A stretch of DNA of 63,325 nt, the filler included, from Dimorphilus gyrociliatus (taxonomy: Eukaryota; Animalia; Annelida), in NCBI GenBank assembly GCA_904063045.1. It is 3 parts of 3 records of this genome, joined end to end, with 100 filler letters (N's around TTAATTAATTAA, not from the genome) between each part and the next. Parts side by side here need not be neighbours in the genome. Positions count along the whole stretch, not along the records: positions 26,905 to 50,701 come from CAJFCJ010000169.1; positions 50,802 to 63,325 come from CAJFCJ010000252.1; 1 more part is not named here. One strand, 5' to 3'. The position numbers and the translations under genes are program-made. Below the pieces are notes generated by a model. It did not search any database and was not told the DNA's origin. It worked only from the letters and a program-made list of their open reading frames with translations. This document shows positions 49,096 to 62,795 of this stretch, one piece after another (the first letter of the stretch is position 1; each line of letters begins with the position of its first letter).

Positions 49096-49493
49096 ACCTT
49101 ATCTACTACAGCAATTCATCCTTTAAAAATTTTATGAAATTAAGAGCAAGCTGTTGGAACAGAATGTATACAGTGAACTTTTGGAATAAATTGAACAAAC
49201 ATACATCAATAACAAAATTTTTCATTTAGCCTTTCTATTCATATCTTGCAATAATTTACTATTTAGACTGTTGGAAAATGGCCAGCCTCAAACCTATATA
49301 AATTTTAGGAGGCAATTTCAAAAGCTTTTCTCTAAGGCCTAGATTATAATTGTACAAATAACAATAAACGCTTTATTTATATATGAATATATATATATTT
49401 GATATTTTGGGATTTTGATCTTCTATTTTGTTAATTTCACTTCCTCTTTACACTTAAGAAACATTATTAAAACTATTTGGATCTTTCTCAGCA

Positions 49494-50701
49494 ATGTCAT
49501 TATTAAGTGTTTCCCCATTTTTGATATATTACCTTATACTTCTTCTCTCAACATATCTTTGTTGCATAAATTGCTTAGATTACAATACAGCATACAACAA
49601 TAAGAAACTAGTGATTCAGTCTGGCAGTCATAGGATTATTGGTAAAATTAGACCCTCTTCTCTTGTCATTAATGCAGGGGTCAATTTAACTTTCACCTAC
49701 CAAAGTTTTATAGAGGTAAATGGTGGTCATGTGACAATAAATGGATCCAATAACAATCAAATTTTTATGAATGTGGAAGAAAACCCTGAAATGGCAAATG
49801 TGCAATTTTCATTTAAAAACAGAGGTTTTTTTCTAATGCTATTAATAAGATGTTCTTTATAAAGTAAGTGAAATACTAGACAGATTTCAACTGCAGATCA
49901 AGTACAAAAATGAATTCAGAGACATCTGTTGGCCAGATGAAAGTTCACATAATACCGCAATTGAGGTGTTGAATAAAAATTGATTTTTGATATAAATTTG
50001 TATAATTTAAAATAGAAATAATAATATTAACTTTTTAGCTTGTCAATCAAACTTTAGGATTACAAAATGGCTATGCGGGACATTCTTCATATTGTACTGA
50101 AATTCAATGCAATATCTTCTCAAAATACTTAACAGATTGTCTATTTGGTAATATTTTCTATTGTACTTTTAGAATCTCTACACTGTTTTGTCTTTACAAA
50201 AACACAGCTGACATTAAAAAAATCTGGAAAAATACTTGGACATTTAGGTCTCCAGAGATTGAAATAATAAATGGAATTCTGATTAGAAATTCAAATTATG
50301 TTTACATTTCCAATTTGTTGAGTGAGAAAGCATCACTTTCTATAATAGATTCCACAATCAGTCAATTTGAGTTTGTAACAATAGATTCTCTTAAATAATG
50401 TTTATTAATTTTTATAATTTGTTAAAAATAAAAAGAACAATTCAAATTCGAAATTCAACATTCAGAGATGCTTTATATATTCAAAATCAATCCTATTCTA
50501 AAGAACTCAATCTAAAGTCAATTATCTTAGAAGATAATCACAATAATGGTCTATATATTATAACAAATAATAAGATAATAATTGACAATTTTATTGCTGA
50601 AGGTGAGTGACTGTTTTAAGAGTTTGATTACAAAATTTTGAATAGTGAACATTCTAACCTAATATCTCATATTCATACATATTCGATCCAGGAAATAGAG
50701 A
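49494..50701 (+). CDS. Secreted/surface protein with SRCR-like and parallel beta-helix segments (bark-beetle-like), runs into gap
   Basis: Signal peptide; INAGVNLTF...IEVNGG...ING motif. Short exons LQIKYKNEFRDICW and QTLGLQNG...IQC...LTDC (SRCR-like), then IRNSTF...LEDNHNNGLYI (beta-helix-like). Confidence 0.5.
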
Positions 50702-50801
50702 NNNNNNNNNNNNNNNNNNNNNNNNNNNNNNNNNNNNNNNNNNNNTTAATTAATTAANNNNNNNNNNNNNNNNNNNNNNNNNNNNNNNNNNNNNNNNNNN
50801 N
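50702..50801. other. Scaffold gap with synthetic spacer
   Basis: 44 N + TTAATTAATTAA + 44 N. Confidence 0.98.
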
Positions 50802-53066
50802 GGAGATCATGAATACAAGATGAATTGGTATGCCCAGTAATTGGAACAGTTGAACAGAATTTTAAAGTTATTGATGATGATAATAATGTAATAAAAAACA
50901 GTTTAGTCTCATCTCATAAATACATTGGATTGTTTTTTAGTAACAAAATCTGAAGCACTAGTATCAACCTTTACATTCTGGTTTTGTATATCCCGATATG
51001 TCAGCTAATCATAGACTTTGAAAGTATCTGTTGACGCATTCAGAGGTTCTGCTTTGTGCAGCGTTCACATGGAAGATAAATCCCTTATTTCAACAATGAA
51101 AAGGAATCATACAGTTCTGAATCGAGAAAGTTTAACTCTATCATTTAATGCCTGCAAATGTTGAAGAACTTTGACAACAGATATTACGGTTAAATGTATT
51201 GACCAATTGGACAAACATGAAGAAAAGATGAAATTTCCAGTTGTAATTGTCGATAAAAGTGAACTTTTTCAAATATTATTAAATATCCTTTAAATTCTTT
51301 TATTGTATTTTTACAGATTCAAAAAAAGCGATTGTCACAATATCAGGAATTTCTGTTAAATCGACTCTTTCATTTTTCATATAAACTCTGAAGATGGTGG
51401 GAGATTGTCAGTTAGTGTAACATTAAACTAGTTGGACAGTGTGAACAGCTTTACCTTCTTTCTTCTTTCAGAGTTAGCGAAGAGAGAGATATATTTAAAA
51501 CTAGGCATAAAGTCAAAAGACTATTTTCACCGGAAGTAGAAATGGTTTATCATTTAGAAGAAACAAAGACAACAACCTAAATGGTAAACAAAATATTAAA
51601 TTTAAAATGACATGTAATGTGGAGGAAATCAAATTTACTCGTTTTGTTTCCTATATGGATTTTGATTTAAACAAAAATGGCGGCAACAGAAATGAAAAAT
51701 ATTCATGTTGGTTTCTTTCTCTTTCTCTCTTTCTCTCTTTCTCTCTATCTTTTATCTATGATAAAACTTAATCTTTACGGCAAACCGTTAAAAAATTCAA
51801 AGATTTTTAAATAAAAAGTTTTTCAAGTCAATCTTTTGTACAATTCCTTTATGCAAAGAAAAGATTATTACTATAAATCTTTATTATTTAGCACCCTCTA
51901 TCATCTTTCCTTCGTCTTGTTTTGTCTCTTTATTCTCAAATATTCAGGACTATAATACTTAAAATCAAAATGGCTGCATTAATAATTGATGAATGGATAT
52001 GTCATAATAGTTGAATAAGCCAAAAAAATTTATTTTATCTTTTCTTGTATAAGCAAGTGAAGAGATTCTTCTATAGTCTAAAGAATATTCCCCATTGAAA
52101 CCTTCAATCTCTCTGTAAATGTAAGTTATTAGATCCTGATGAGTCCTTTGTAAATCCTAAGTGAATCCTAAATAAGTAGCATTCACTCTAAGATCCTTCT
52201 TGGGCTTTAATTGGTTTAAAATAGCACATTCAAACTATGTACTCAATCAATGAAAGAAACAAAAAAGTGAAGAAATAAAAATAAAGAATTCTATTAATTT
52301 TCAAAAAGATATGCATTATCTTCAGATAGAAAGACACTCTTCCTTATTGAATCATATCAATGAAATTGATGTTTAGACAGATAAGCAATATCTTATACCG
52401 CCCTCTGCATAAACAACAGTCAATAACCCTAGCCCTAATCTTAAAAAAAATACTATCTTACCACATGGGTCGTCCCCAAAATTTCCAGACTATAAGAAAG
52501 TTTTCCCAAACCCGTCTGAACAAGTTTGATTTTCTTGAGGCTATAATATAAATATAGCTACTTTAAATAAGTTCAAGAGTTTTTCAAAGTGAAAATAATG
52601 TTTAAAGTAAAATAATGATTCATTTTTCCCATTCAAAAAATATTCAATGGTAAAATATGTTCAATATTTTGTCATTTAATGCTATTTATATTTCAATAGA
52701 CCAATTTAGTGATAAACGTAAGTCTCTATGAAATGTATCAATTTATCTATTTATCTATAATCAATTAATGATTATTCTATGAAATACTTTCTATAGTTTT
52801 GAACAATATCTCATATTCAAAAGCTCTTCATGATTAACTTTTGAATAAATATAATGTTATATCTTATTAATAGAAATGAAAAACTGAAGTGATTGACAAA
52901 ACAAGGTGTATGAAATAGAAATTAATATGAAAGGTATTGTTGCTAAAGAAGAGAATTTTTTGATGAAATTAAACTCGAACAAGAAAATTACTGAATTTCT
53001 AAGAAAAAATAATGCTAAATGCTAAGGTAGTCTTCAAACAACAGATATTGATGAGATAATGAGTGA

Positions 53067-53275
53067 GGGGTCGACAGAAAACGTCCACAAGTGAGATACT
53101 TTAAGGCTAGAATTTTTAGTTGAAAACTGGTTTGCAAGAAAAATTCAAGTTCTGATTTGTGTTTGGAAGGATCTCATCTAAGGGTTAGGGGTAATGAACA
53201 AGTTCAGGGAAAGACAACGATTGGGTTAGGATTAGGGTAAAAAGCATCATTTTGTGGACGTTTTCTGTCGCATCC
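53067..53275 (+). mobile_element. MITE family A
   Basis: GGGGTCGACAGAAAACGTCCACAA...GGGTTAGGATTAGGG...TTGTGGACGTTTTCTGTCGCATCC; no TSD recognisable. Confidence 0.88.
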
Positions 53276-53652
53276 AAATAACAATTATCATTCATTAAAA
53301 TCCATTAGAAATTAATTTTTTTAGTTTGTATAAGTCATAAATCATTGTATTGAAATAAAAAATGTTGTTTTTTTTACCATATTTACAATGTTTGCTTGCA
53401 AACTTTATTGATTGAGTACATTGGAAGAATTCACTAGCAAAATTACAAAGAAAAACCAATAAGTGTGTATGGTATGTTGAAAAAAATTGTATTGTAACCA
53501 TGGTGAAGTATTAAATACATATATAGGAATTTTCCTCTTTTAAGTAATTGTTCAATTAATAATTAACAATTAATAATATATATGGTATAAATATCGCAAT
53601 TATTTATTGACATTGGCCTTATTTTGTCCATTAACTAAGTCTTAGTACAAAG

Positions 53653-55255
53653 ATGAAATTCATTTATATATCTTTGATAATATTCACTGGAACTTTTCAC
53701 ATTTCCATTCAAACTGGAAAGAGATTGATAAATGTTGCGTCAGCGGTGAATGGAGCCTCTTGTACAGCAAATTCTGAACGCCATTCTCATTATATATTGA
53801 ATTTTAAATGCGAAAATGTTCTAACACCACTCTGGTTTAATAATGATGGTTGGGCATCATATTGTAGTATAACCGGATGTAATGGAAAATCAATGACAGT
53901 ATATTTTAAAAAACCATATGATATAGTTGAAATTTGTCTTGTTCAAAGAATTATAGAACCTCATAGACCTTTGAAGGAAGTTAGCATAAAATATGGAAAT
54001 AATACTATTGAACTAGAATATAAATTAAAAACAATTACAAATTGTTTATTATTAGAAGAAGGATTTGGAAATAGTATTTCCAGTATAAAGTTTACAGCAA
54101 TAAATTGTGATTCTACTGCAGTAGATTCAGGTTTAAATTCAGTTTTTATAATGACAAACAGCGACGGTAATATGATGTTTATTTTTTTCTTAGATTTTGC
54201 TACAGTCCTACTAAACATAATTTTTCAGACCCTACTGATGTTGAAGAAGAGAAATATATCAATATAGCTGATTTGAATGTTGGCGCAACATGTACGTCAT
54301 CCGTTTCACTACCAGGAAAACCTTGTAGCAATGCCTTAGATAGATATTTTTCACTAGTTTGGCACCCAAATTGTGGTTCACCCCAGAATTGTGTCAATAT
54401 ATTTATCAGTATTACTTTTGGATATGCTGCTCAGCCAGTTTTGTATTCTTATGCTAATAGGTATAATATTTAATATTATTGGCACAACCATATTGTACTC
54501 AATTTACAGCTATTTAACAACTAATGCTTATATAAAAGCTATGCGTTTAACATGGAATTCAGGTTTTATAGATATACTGGATAATTTACCTCAAACAAGT
54601 TCATATCAATATTTCAACTATACTCATGGTCCAACTGTTGAATCTGGTATTCTTATCTTAATCCTAGATGTTTATTATCACGATTCAAATGGATTTAATT
54701 ATTTTAAAGTTTTTGCAAAACGTAGTTGTTTTTTTATTTATTTATTATTTTTTATCTAATATTCAAAACTTTTCAGAGACTGATGAGAGTATTTTTAGCA
54801 TTCAAAGTGTTAATGATGTAGTCTATCATTTACCAGAACATCTTCAAGGTAAATTGGTAGCAATGAAGTTCAAGGTCAAAGGTTTTAATTTTGATACAAG
54901 TAATGATTGTTCATCTTTGATTATTAGTTTTATGAGGAATACCACAACACAATTTATATTGACACTAGATGATAAAACTGGTAGTGAAATAGTATCATCA
55001 ATCAGTGTCATTCATCCAACTCTACATGAAATTGAATTTAGTGAATCTGTATCACTTATAAGTTGTAGTTCTTGGAATGAATATTGGATTATATTCAATA
55101 ATAATAAAATAAAATTTGGTTCTGGAAAAGTTTATGGTAGTAATACATTAGGAATTTTACAATCTGCTATTTCTTTAGAGATAACAAAGCTATTAATCAA
55201 AAATGACATTCCAAATATCATAAATTTTATTCAAATAACAGAAAAAGGTTGGTAA
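53653..55255 (+). CDS. Secreted protein: two discoidin/F5-8C-like domains plus a FaMeT (Methyltransf_FA)-like domain, multi-exon
   Basis: Signal peptide. Repeated N(V/I)A...GA.CT..S...C..(A)L...W motif in two exons. Last exon LISCSSWNEYWIIFNNNKIKFGSG resembles the FaMeT core. Short GT-AG introns; the 3' end is uncertain. Confidence 0.6.
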
Positions 55256-56580
55256 AGAATTTTATTAATTTTTTGATTTTGTACTGAAATATGAATCTGT
55301 TTTCATTATACATACAAATCCTTAAACAAAAAGTATTATTATAAACAAAATTTTAAATATTTCACATTAATATAAAAACCATTTTATTATATGATAAATG
55401 TTTTTTGAAATATTGAAAATCAAAAGTCTCTTGGTGTTTAAAAATTCTACAAACATTTATTTATTCAAAAGTAGGACTAGGAAATTTCATAATTTGGCAG
55501 AGCAGAGAAAGCACAAAATCATTTCTCCCTTCTTCTGCTCACTGGTGATATACACATAGAAGTAGGGACATGTTCAAATTTAGAACAATAGAAACATTAG
55601 GAAGACATAAATTTTGTAGGAATTAAAATGATGAATTTTATAGGAAATAGATTATTAGATAATAAATGATGGAGCCAGTATGAAATCGGCAAAGGAACAA
55701 ACAACATAGAAAACATGCATTTCAAAATGTTTTTGGCAAAACTTTCAAGTTTCTTTAATATAATATTTGGGACAGAACTCATTCTAAAAGTTAATACTTA
55801 TGGATGAACTTGAGGTTTTATCTACAATATTTGCAAAGATATTTCTAAGAGAGCATGCATTATCTCATTATAATATCTGTCTACTAACTAAATAAAAAGA
55901 GTGGACTCTGAAGTAGAATACAAGAATTTCAGAAAACAGCTAAGCACCCTAATGATGGTGGTAAACACTGCAAGTGATACTATTTAATGGCTTAGATATC
56001 ACTCCTTTAACTGCAAAAATTTCCTTTCTCTTTTACAGTGTTTTTATGTGTTTCTTCCCAACATAGAACACACAACTTTTCATTGTTTTCCATTTGACAA
56101 TTTAGTTAGGTTAGTTCATGTTTACTAGAAATATAACCTCAATCGGTATTTACTATTTGCGTTAAATTTTAAATACAAAATTTCTACAAATGCAACACAA
56201 CAAAGTAAAATTGTCTAGAGTTTATTTAATTAGACGTTTTTTGTAAATGAAATTTTTGCAATGCTGTTTTCACTAATAGTCCAAAATGATTAATATTTTC
56301 CTTCTTATTAACTATAGTCACAGATTTTTGTAACATATCTGTAAAGTTCACATTATCCTGATAAAAGAGATACAAAAATATATGAACAAAAAAGAAAAGA
56401 AAACATTGTTGAATCTATTTTCTTACTGTTTGAATTTCAAGAATATGTTCAATTTTTCCTTGAAAGTAGACATTCCTTTTGTGCACAAAAACTAATAGTT
56501 TAGCAATTTCGTGTATTTTAGTTTTAATTGAAAATATCTTTGGTGATAATTCATTAAATGAGAATTTCAATGTTTCCCTT

Positions 56581-59500
56581 CTAGAAATGAAATATACACA
56601 AATCTCTATAACTGTTTTGATTTTTTTTTTCACAAAAGATTATCTGATGGACTATTTTTTTCATAAAAAGTAATGGATGATTCTTACCAGGAAATACTTT
56701 TTGTTTATAGATGGCGTTGTCCCTTTGAGACTTTCTTATTTGATTATACTTGTGAAATATTTCTTTAATTTCACGAAACTTGAACATATATGGAAAGGCA
56801 AATAATCCAGGTAAGAAAAGTACAACTTTTGTGAATCTAATTTCAATGAAGCTATCATTTCCTTCTAAAACACTATCTACAATTGGAGAAAAAAGACTTT
56901 AAAGGATGATATTCTTCTTGTAGTTATGTTACCTACCATAAATTTGAGATGAGAGATAATTTACAAAATTTAAAATTGAATAAACTATTAAAAACTTTTC
57001 ATTTGTAGGCTTTTTGAATTTCCCAAAAAAGATATTTTTAATTAGTACAATACTTAAACTTAAAACTGGTAAGCAAATCAAAAGCAGTGGCAAAGTGACA
57101 TAAATAAATATTGATGAATTGTTTCTAAGTGTCAAAAATAGAATTGAACACTCATGAATATAATTTTGTGGTAAATTTTTCTGTTTTTGTGTTTTTTTTT
57201 TCAAACATTTTTCAAATTAGATGCTAAATTTACCTCAAAATGGACTAATAGGAGAATATTGACAAAAATGGATATAAACATGCATATAGGCTGTATAAAT
57301 AGTTTTTTTCTTTCTATATTATTATAATTTGTATTCAAGAGTATTATTTTAAAAATATATAAAGCAATGTGTAGAATGTACTGAAATAAAATTGAATAAT
57401 TGATTGTAAAATGGGTAAGGGAACATAATTTTGATTTTATCCATAAATTATAATGTTTACTGAAGTTGCCATCTTGAAAATCAATGGAAAATGTTAACAA
57501 TATTAGATGAAAGGTTAGAATCAGATCATTAAGTACCAAGAATATTTTAAAATGATTGCTTTTCTTGTAAATTAAAGTATACATTGTAATACTTTGAAGT
57601 AATGTAAAAATTAGTGATGAACAACTCATCACCCATAGTAACCACTTTACTGTAGCTATCAATAGGAAATGCCTTTGAAACTGCCTAAGTGAAATTGTCC
57701 AAGTACATTTTGTCAACTGTCTATAGATATTTGCATAAACACATAATTGTTTGTGGCTTGTATTCAATTTTTGAAGTTTGTCTGAATTTTGAAATAGTTT
57801 GCTATCAATTATGTGTAAAGAATTCTTTTTCAAGTAAATTGATAGTTCTTTTATATCATTTAAAATTGGAAATAAATGTTTGCCTATAGATTCCAGTTCA
57901 TTACCATTCAATGCCAATGATATTAAATGTTCAAGATATCTAAAGCAATCACTTTTTAAGCGCTTTATTTCATTGTGTGAAAGATTTAGATAGAAAATTG
58001 AATTTAAGCCCTTGAATGTAGTTATTTCTTGAAAAGAATTCCAACTCAAGTCCACAAAATGTAAATTTAATGACTTGAAAAAAAATTCCCTAGAGAAGTT
58101 ACTCAATTTATTTCTACTTAGATCAATAATTCTTAAATTTGGGAACTGTGTCAATGATATATTTTCGAAATACAATTTCCCATACGATATATTCAAAAAT
58201 GTCATTGCGTAGTGTATTCCGTTATCATTGCTTCCTTTTATTGCAGTTGGATTAACTATTGTTAAATGTTTGATGCTAAGAGGAGTGGGTGATGGAATAA
58301 TATTGGGACAAATTGCTTGAAGAGGACTTTTGCAACTGCAAGAAAATGGGCATAAAGTGCTACTACAAGCTTGCTCATCAACTCCACTGAAACAATCTAG
58401 TATTCCATCACAAACTTGAGACGTTTTAATGAATTTTCTTTGGTGATTGCATTTGAAAAATCCTTTGGGTTTAAATAATTCTTCAAAAAAACAATAAATT
58501 ATTAATTTTTTCTCTGTTATTTTATTTTGTTACCACATAAAACCTCATAATCTCCTTCTAAACAGTGGCTTATTCCATCACAGATTTGATCAATTTTAAC
58601 ACAATAATTGTGTTTTCTACATTTAAGCTGTCCACATTGTCCACAGAGTCATACCAAAAGTCTTTAGGAAATACTATCTTTTTGTTACAGGAGAATTCAT
58701 CCAAAATCTGTGATCTATTCTCCACAGATAATATATCTGTGAATGAAATCTCCGGCTTTTCATAATGATTGCTTTTTTATTTATCTATCATTAAAAGTTT
58801 GGGGAAGTCTAAGTTTCAAGATTACGGCAACCCAATAAAATCCTTGGATCAACTGTTCTTTATCTCTTTTGGTATCACTTTAATATATACGAATAAAAAA
58901 GTGGATATTCTTTACAAACTTTCATAGCAATGTTCATCACTGAAATCAATACAATCGCGTTTGTTATCGCAAAATTTTACGCCAGAAATGCATTCATGAT
59001 TTGAGCATTTTCTGTTTTTGTTCTTTTGTGAAAATTAAGGGAAAAAAGGTTCTTTGTTTTTATATAGTTACCTTTCATTTTCTGTTCAATTTGGAAAAAC
59101 TATTAAAAAGAATAGAAAACATAAAGTATATTATATTGATGAATGAATGGATGGATTGATGGATGAATACACAGATTAATGAATGAACAGAACAATTAAT
59201 CAATATCTTACAACAAAATTTTTCATCATCAGCTGACAGGTAGTTTTGAAAATAATTGCACATGTAAAATGGATTAATCAACTGGTTTGATTCAGGATAA
59301 ACTATTTCCATTATGAATGAGCAATTCCTTTCATCAGTCTTATCTGGACAATCGAAATGTCCATCACATTTTAAGTTGATACTAATACATATCATATCAA
59401 TCTCGCAAATAAGAGTATGTTCATTACACAATGGTGCCAGATCAGTACTATTGCATTCTTCAATTCTGGATGTCTCATCTAATGGATCTAAAGATTAAAG

Positions 59501-62500
59501 TTGTTATTACAAGAGTGAATATTCTACTATTTAATTAGCCAATTGACTAACCAATGTGTATATTGCAGAAAATGAAGAAAGTTGGAAAAACTGTGCATTT
59601 CAACGATTGAATTTCGAAACTTTTCGAGCCAATGTTAATAAAGAGGCATGTATCATTTCTGTCAAATGTTTCCACTCTATTTCCCATAATTATCTGTTTA
59701 GTATCATGACTGAAATGCACAGAAACTGTAAATTATTCAAAAAAGTGAGAACAGGAGATCAAGAGAAAAGCAATGAAGGAATACAACCCCCTGACTTTAC
59801 CCTATACTTTCAGTGATGTTTTCTCCTGCTTCCTCCTGTTCAACAGCTATGAAAGAGTTATTAACTTTGTTTCAATCCAAGTATTACCAATAATATTTTA
59901 TGGTATATTAAAACTATTTGTGGTTATAATGTTACCACTAGGCTCTTTTATTTCCTTGAAGCTCAAAACTAGAAAAGAAGAACTGACTATTTCAATTAAT
60001 AATGGAATTGTAAACAACCATTCAGAAATGAAATTTTAAAATCAAAGTTGCCCACTATGGGAGTTATTAGCTTTAAAAAATGATCAACTTCATTATTTGA
60101 ATACAGTGAAAGTCCTTTTAATCCATAATTTTCACAAAATCTGTCAACAGTTCTGGCATCTCTTGCCATTTTGGTTGTAAAATAATAATAACAATTATAT
60201 TCAATGGAAAATACTTTAGCTGCATCTTTTACTTTGGGACAACCTGGAAATGATAAAGATATGTTTACTATATGAGAAATTGCTCTGAATAGAAATCTTG
60301 CTAATATTAACTTAGTTGTTTTTCCATTGAACATCTTAGGTAAGATTTAATATTATATTTATAATAATTCTTATCAAAAAAGTTTTCAAAAGAACTATGA
60401 TCAATAGATGATGTGTTTATAGAACAATAAATTGAGAAAATAATTCCTCTTAGTATTATCTTTTTGTCAGAATTCATAGAATACAAGTATCCTGAATTAT
60501 AACCAAAACTCAAACATATCACCTACATAAACACACAGTTGGTAATTTATTTGGTAGAATGTTCCTTTTTGACTTACTAACATTTGCTGTATGCCTTTCC
60601 ATTAATGCTGTTTGTACATTAAACCAAACGTTTCGGTATTTCACAAGCAATAATCCAAAAAGATTGCTATCTCGTCCAGTTTTTGTGTTTTGAGGCTTTA
60701 TAGACATTTCAAAACCCTGAGTAAAAATTTTTGAGCGATTTGGCATCGATTCCTCAATACAAACAAAATATAATGTATAATTCGCATTTTCTGTTTCATT
60801 TTGCAGTGAAAATTTACATTCAGAAAGTTTCACTGAACTTTCATTACATAGAATCACTGCTTGCCTTAGATAAAAACCAGATGAAACTACTTTTAGGATG
60901 TACTCTTTGTTTTCCTGGATTAAAGGTACAAGGGAGAAATGATTGCACACTGTTCTTATTATATGCCAATGAGCATAGTTCCTACTCCATTGTGACACTT
61001 GAAGTACAACTGGAGAATGATTTATCCATACCAAAAGAACTTTCTTTCCAAAATATCTTCCAAAAAGTTTTCCAGCATCAATGAGTTCAAATTTCTTCAC
61101 CAATTGAGTAGATTTTGGACATTTGTAATTAAATTTTAAAGAATTGTTGAATTTAATTTTTATAAATGTATCATCTTTAAAATTATACATGTATTGTTGA
61201 TGAATAGACTCATTTCTATGAAAAAAATTAGTTCTGTCGAAAAAAAATCCACTAAGGCATAATTCGTTTAAATTTTCATCTTTTGCCAAAAGAGAAATGA
61301 TAAGATGTTTTATTAAATCTTGTATAAATGATATTCTTTTTGTGAAGCTTATCTCCACTAATTAGAAATGATAACTGGATGAATATAAAGAGTGAGAGTA
61401 TTCATTAAGAAGTTTTAAAATTCATTTTGTTGAAAGATGTACTTACAAGTTTTATTAGTTTTAAATCATTGAATACAAGGTTCAAAATTGTGTCCTCTAA
61501 TAAACTGGTTAGAAATGTAAAGGCAGGATGCAGGATAGAAACAACTGACATGAACTTTTAGAAAAGTGTCATATTCTTTGAAAAAATTGAAAATAGTATG
61601 ACAAACCTCTGTCATTGTAACTATAAACAAATACATTAAAATAATCAAATCCCAAATCTAGACAGATATCCTCAAAATTATGCCCAGAAGATTTCTCAGT
61701 ATTAAAAACTGGTATATAATCTTTTCCCTTAATTGTGACCTTAACTTTTCCTCTACAAGAATACTCATCACACTTAGTAGTTTTAGGTAGAAAATGATGT
61801 TTTACATCATTGTGTAAAAAAACATTAAAATGTGAAAAACAAAATTTGATTAAAAAGATAAAACTCGGAAAAATCTTAATCATTTTCTTCCCTTGAAATT
61901 CCTTACGGAAAATAAAGAAACAAAGTGTTAAATGCTGATGTTTAATCATTTTAAAATATGTAACAAAAAATCGAATTGCATCAAATAGCAATAGTTTATC
62001 TAATTGCTTTTTTTATATTTCTTCTTTTTAAGAAATTAAAAAGTTCACTCTTTAAATAATTAAATAGACTGGCTAATTAATAGATTGATTTGTAAAAACT
62101 TCTTGAAAAGGATGATGAAATTCTTGTTTTTATAAATTTACACTAGGCCTACCTACAGAACTATTAAAATTGAATAAAATGTCTCTCTAATGCTGTTTTT
62201 AAACATTTATTTTGTAATAAATATATTTCCTAATTAACTTTACAAGAAATTCTACATCTTTGCTGTATTCCTCTTCTTTAAATGTCATCCAAATGTTGTC
62301 TGGATTGACAGCTAAGAAATAAGATATCTTGCCATTCTCCTTCTAAAATTTTTTTCATATAAAACAATAAATAGAATGAAATTAAAAAACTAAAACTACT
62401 AATCCAACCTTATATACAAAACAATTGGCATGATTGTTATAAAAAGATATTCGCATATTGTGAAAATGTTTTAGTATGCTTATAGCTCTTTTAAATAATC

Positions 62501-62795
62501 TGAAAATAAGGTAAAAACTATTCATATGTTTCACACTGATCTTCTTAAGTTTGTCCTTTTTGTCTCTCTTATCAAAATCCACAAAGATGATGCCTAAACT
62601 ATTGGCATTTTCAAAAAAAACTTTAACTGTGTGTATAGAAACAATTAATGAATATAGGGAAGAGATGCAAAAAGGATGGCAGAAAATGTTCCCGAATGTA
62701 TGGTTTTTTAAATGTGTCACTTGGAGACATTTAAACAATATTAGGTTGGGCTGTGGTGAAAAACTTGAATTTAACATCTCCACATAACTATCCAT
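56581..62795 (-). pseudogene. GRL101-like multidomain receptor (SRCR/CTL/LDLa - LRR - divergent 7TM), N-terminal exons appear disrupted
   Basis: Open exon from 58480 (GFFKC...VCDGILDCFSGVDEQAC...CPFSCSC) through LRRs and TM1-4. TM5-7 follow (VVLFLPGLFAFPYMFKF). LDLa exons at 58560-59431, a CTL-like exon at 59996-60334, SRCR-like pieces at 60519-61991. Apparent stops/frameshifts near 58650-58720. The 5' boundary is uncertain. Confidence 0.65.

Noticed and set aside
50802-51330. Coding-like composition after the second gap
   Set aside because: All frames are interrupted and no motif was recognised; it cannot be linked to the gene before the gap.
55700-55830. IIFGTELILKVNTYG resembling a voltage-gated channel S2 helix
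   Set aside because: The DNA is homologous to the degenerate repeat at 8255-8400 and 29983, and no other channel segments are nearby.
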